Part shown: in pieces, positions 33,107-36,943 of the stretch
Position numbering within the stretch: the first letter of the stretch is position 1
How the letters are laid out: each line of letters opens with the position of its first letter
NCBI GenBank assembly: GCA_025201805.1
Contig: MU619430.1
Span: forward strand, 1 to 36,943
Reading direction: 5' to 3'
Length of the DNA: 36,943 bases
Source of the DNA: Parasitella parasitica NRRL 2501
Taxonomy: Eukaryota; Fungi; Mucoromycota
The notes under the pieces: generated by a model
Databases searched by the model: none
What the model was told of the DNA's origin: nothing
What the model saw: the letters and a program-made list of their open reading frames with translations, nothing else
Program-made: the position numbers and the translations under genes

Positions 33107-35004
33107 AATCGAATAGTAATAGTTTAAGGAAAGAAAGCTTAAATAGAAGAGTGGGAAAGAGGGAAAAAGTGATGAAAAATCAAAGAAAAAGATTTTTCGT
33201 CATTTAGTATGGTGGATGCGTTCAATATAAAAAAAGGAATGACGCACTTCCAAATAGCCTCTGAATATGGAAACAAATCAACGGAATAAAGCTGAGAAAG
33301 ACATGCAGTAAGCTCTGTGTTTAGCTCTATTCGAGCTATCTATTATTTGTACTAGACACTTAAATTCCTTGTTGCAGCTTCCCATTATCCCTGGGGTCTT
33401 TTGGGTCTTGTTGGTTTGCAAACTAACACCCAAATGCTTAACTGACCATTCCTTGTACCACTTGAATCTCGTATAGACGTATAGACGTAAAATATATGCA
33501 AAGATTAGTGTTTTACGTACATCTTTTATTACATTAATTAGTTAAACTATTTTATAATTGCGTGTGATTCTTAAATGGAAAAAAAATATATCACGTTGCT
33601 ATAGTTTTTAGTCTTTTACACTCTTTCAATGATTATAAACATGTGTCTCTTGTGATATGGCTGAGGCTTGGAATACAGGAATCGATTTCATAATGAATTA
33701 GTGGCTAGGAACAAGGTTTACCGTGCTTGCTCAGATAATTTTGCTTGAGATTGTGTGCATCTTGCTCCGTATGGTTTTGACTGCCTACTATATGAACAGA
33801 ACATGCTTCTATACACATACTCTTGCCAAAAACGTTAGCACATAATATAAATGCTTGATATACAGTGGACTTCCTTGGCTGCAATTTTCTTTTGAGTTTT
33901 TGAATCCTCACATAAACTATTGAAAACCTTGTTTGCAAATGAAATAAATGCATTTGTCCGTGATACATACTATCGGCAATGCAATTATGGTCTAAGCAAA
34001 CGTCTTGCAGCGCTCTCAAAGTGAGTAGTGAAAATTTTTAGAGCTTGAGCACTTGTATACCTTTTGTCTATATATTTTTTTTTTTTTTTTGGTTCATACT
34101 TGTTGTACCACAGTTCACCCTTGGCATTACTTGCAAATATTGTCAAAAAATACTACGTTAAATATAATAATAGTAGGTGAGAAATGATACTATTCAACGT
34201 GAGCATAACGAAATCAAAAATATTGCATCAAATGACATACGAATTAGAGAAATTCCTTTATGCTGTGCTTCCAATCTCAAAGTAAATTGCCCTAAAAGAA
34301 AAAGACCAAATGTTGAAATGATTGTAAAGTCTATATTGTAGCATTTAGGGGACACATTAATTGAGTGCCGAATGAAATTTTGAATGGGTTCAATAAGAGC
34401 AGCCTCGCTGCCTTCATTTACTCTTGAAAAAGTATCTCTGCTGTTGCCACTTTACTAGATGGTTAATAAAATGTTTCTAAAAGCAATGCAAATGCTCTAA
34501 AAAACACGTTTAGTAAAAGTGATTGATTTACCCTAAAAAAGTTTGACAGATATTAATCAGGTAAAGATTCGTTTCTCGTGTTCAAAAACAGAGGCTTTAT
34601 ACATAATTTATCAGAATAAGAGATTGTTCAAATAAAACGGTTGTGAATTAATCAGGTCAAGATCTCGTTTACTACATGGAAAAATGATGGTTTATTTACT
34701 AGTGAATCTAAGTAAACTGATGAAAGGATAAGATATATGTCTGAGACAAGGTGTGATTTAGAGAATGGAATCATAGATTGTATCTATTGTCCATGAACAT
34801 TTCATGTCGAGTTATAAATAAGGAACATGATCCACTGGGATATGTTCCTGAATTGTGTTCAAGATTGAGTTTATTTGAGTTTGGCTTCCGGTTGGGAAAT
34901 CGACACATCACAGATCATCATAGTGAATGCATTGCAAAGTAAATAATGTCTTTACTATTTTTGTTTTTCTCATAAAAACACGATTAATTTGGCTAAGTCA
35001 ACAC

Positions 35005-35300
35005 CAAAATCCTAAAAACAAAAAAACAGGGTTTCCCCCTGTTTTGTTGTTAGCGGGGCTTGAAATTTGACCAAAAATAGAAATTGGTAGATTTTCAATG
35101 AATACCCCACCCTAAATAGCCGGAAAATGCCTTACCACACTTCACAGCTTAGGATAAAATGGCCCATCTCAAGAACTGCTAGGGTAAGCACAGTCAATGA
35201 GTAGAAACAGCCTACATGCTCCTGTATGACCCGGATAAAGACCTAACGTCAAGTTTCAGTGATAGGCCATCCACTTGACATTAAAAGAGAACCGAAACTA
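35005..35300. mobile_element. Possible non-autonomous palindromic DNA-element relic
   Basis: Imperfect hairpin CTAAAAACAAAAAAACAGGG...CCCTGTTTTGTTGTTAG at about 35012-35053. Inverted pair TTGAAATTTGAC (35060-35071) and GTCAAGTTTCAG (35248-35259). No TSD or transposase seen. Confidence 0.3.
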
Positions 35301-36249
35301 CAAATGTAAAACAAAAGCTTTTGCAATTAGTAAAAAAGCTCTTACAAAATCATAGTAAATGATAATACCTGAATGAACTACTGCATTAGAAACACGCCAA
35401 CCTGTATATTGTTTTCTTGTGGTAGGTTCTATAAAAAAACGCGTATGAGAGTGTTAGTTATGGTCTTTTAGAAAACGTGTGTAATATTTACTGTTTTTAA
35501 GGAAAAAATCGACTTTACCCACAATCAAAGAGGTATAACGTATGTTACCAACAATAATGAATACAAAGTGCATGCGTTTGTGTCGTAGTGATAACCAAAA
35601 ATAAGAGTAGTATATGTAGAAGTATGATAATAGCGTCGTAGAAGTAGTGAAGCAGCAAAAAAAAAAAAAAGGGGGGGGGTTGCCAATTTTTTAATACGCC
35701 TAACAGTGACCGTATTTTTGCGTAAACAGTTAATGCATGCAATACAGTAAACATTTTGAAGTGACAAAACTAAGGGGGAAACTATAATCTGGTGCACTAA
35801 AGTGATACAATAAGTTAAACTTGATGTTGTTGAATATAATGCCTTTTATATTTTGAAAATTGGTTGCTTGGATGAAAAGTTGTCTCAATTTAAAGTCTTA
35901 TTGAAAAGAGGACAAAATGGGAAAAACAGTTATTTCAAGTCTCAAGTTCTTCTCTAGACTTTTAATTATGACAGCAAAGTTTGAATACATTGTAGCATTC
36001 GAATGGTGTATTATTGTAATTGACATGTGAGTTGTTTCTCTTGTCTCTACAATGCTTAATACAAACAACCGAAATTGAGAATTGTGTGTCGTTCCTAACA
36101 CAATTGAGGTGGTTGCCTCCACTCCGACTTCGAATGTGGTTATAGGCCTTCAAGCCACGCTTTATTTTCCACATATTAATCAATAAATTTTTTGTAATAT
36201 TATCTCCTCCTCTTTATACCTTTCAAAGCCGCGCACCGTGGAAAAAACT

Positions 36250-36856
36250 ATGTCTAGTATCAATGATCTTACTGAAGAACAAATTAAAGGATTGCTCAAT
36301 CTCTACGAACAATCACAACAAGGAAACAACGATGAATTTGACAGGTCACAGCTATTCCACTTACCTGATAAAATCTTGCAGGAATTGGAACACTCTACCA
36401 ATTCTGAGCTCAAGGGGAAACTCAAGCGTTTTAGCCGGGACACCTTTAAATATGAGGGAGGAAGATGGACCCAACCAGGCGCGATTAACCGGATCTTCAT
36501 ACAAGAACTTAAGAAACAAACAAGTGGAGGCCACTCAGGCAATTAATGCCTTCTACAAGGGAGCTGACAGGCTACGTACCACAGCCAGAGCTACCACCGA
36601 GATCTTCTCGGATTTCCAACAGATCCTCAACGATGGTGGTTCCCAAGACGACATGGAAGTTGTCTTACAAAAGATCCAACGTTTGGCAATCTATTCATTC
36701 GCCACAGGAAAAGAACTGGATCAGGAGGCCAAGGACTTGGCAATCAAGACTATCAAACTCCCTGAAAACATGCAATACCTTCGAGACGGCGAAGATGAAA
36801 GTAAAGACATGGCATTCCCTCCCGAGGTTGTGGAGCAAATTCAGCAGAGTCGTTAT
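36250..36856 (+). mobile_element. Frameshifted, truncated gag-like ORF1, probably from a DIRS-type (tyrosine-recombinase) retrotransposon
   Basis: Two overlapping ORFs join by a +1 shift near 36520: MSSINDL...FSRDTFKYEGGRWTQPGAINRIFIQELKKQ/QVEATQAINAFYKGADRLR...RLAIYSFATGKELDQEAKDLAIKTIKLP...EQIQQSRY. Intronless. The DIRS assignment is from my recollection of Mucorales ORFs preceding DIRS RT, not from a search. Confidence 0.55.
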
Positions 36857-36943
36857 TGTTGTGCCAGTGTCAAAGGGCGCAGCGTAATGTTATGTAAATA
36901 AGATTTGTATAAAGTAATAAAGACTTTCTGAATAAAACCAGAT
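36857..36943 (+). mobile_element. Possible 5' end of an LTR inserted into the gag-like ORF
   Basis: Coding character stops abruptly after the TAT codon at 36854-36856. The sequence then starts TGTTGTG (canonical TG LTR start) and contains TATAAA and two AATAAA within 85 bp. It runs off the window edge. Confidence 0.4.

Noticed and set aside
33705-34019. 104-aa minus-strand ORF (and the ORFs at 18897-19160 and 35525-35797)
   Set aside because: Non-ATG starts, atypical composition, no motifs; likely spurious.
34717-34760. CTGATGA resembling a hammerhead core or snoRNA C box
   Set aside because: No stem II plus GAAA or cleavage triplet in the right geometry, and no convincing terminal stem or guide sequence.

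Overview
Gene-dense eukaryotic DNA, almost certainly from an early-diverging fungus (Mucoromycotina/Mucorales). This is inferred from the short introns (mostly 45-110 nt), the AT-rich intergenic DNA with long homopolymers, and the protein types present. I could splice 13 intact genes by hand: F-box/LRR protein, UBR7, myosin I, PARN, a membrane-anchored cysteine-synthase-like enzyme, BCS1-type AAA ATPase, deoxyribose-phosphate aldolase, adenylate kinase, NDUFAF7/MidA, PI4-kinase STT4, PRP38B, a SET methyltransferase and LIS1/NudF. The ORF track hides several further features. (i) A frameshifted pseudogene at about 8.7-9.7 kb resembling a Mucorales multicopy PD-(D/E)XK/Crinkler-like nuclease family. 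(ii) A frameshifted DIRS-like gag relic at 36.25-36.86 kb, apparently interrupted by an LTR. (iii) Palindromic TE-like relics. (iv) Unusual splicing: 3 GC-AG introns among about 54, a poly(A)-tract 3' splice site, and 6-, 8- and 12-nt coding exons. (v) A convergent gene pair whose transcripts should overlap. No tRNA, rRNA or CRISPR was found. I did not find a clear-cut new multi-gene system. The best leads are the nuclease-like pseudogene, the nested retroelement relic and the atypical splice signals. Family assignments come from motif recognition only; no database searches were run.
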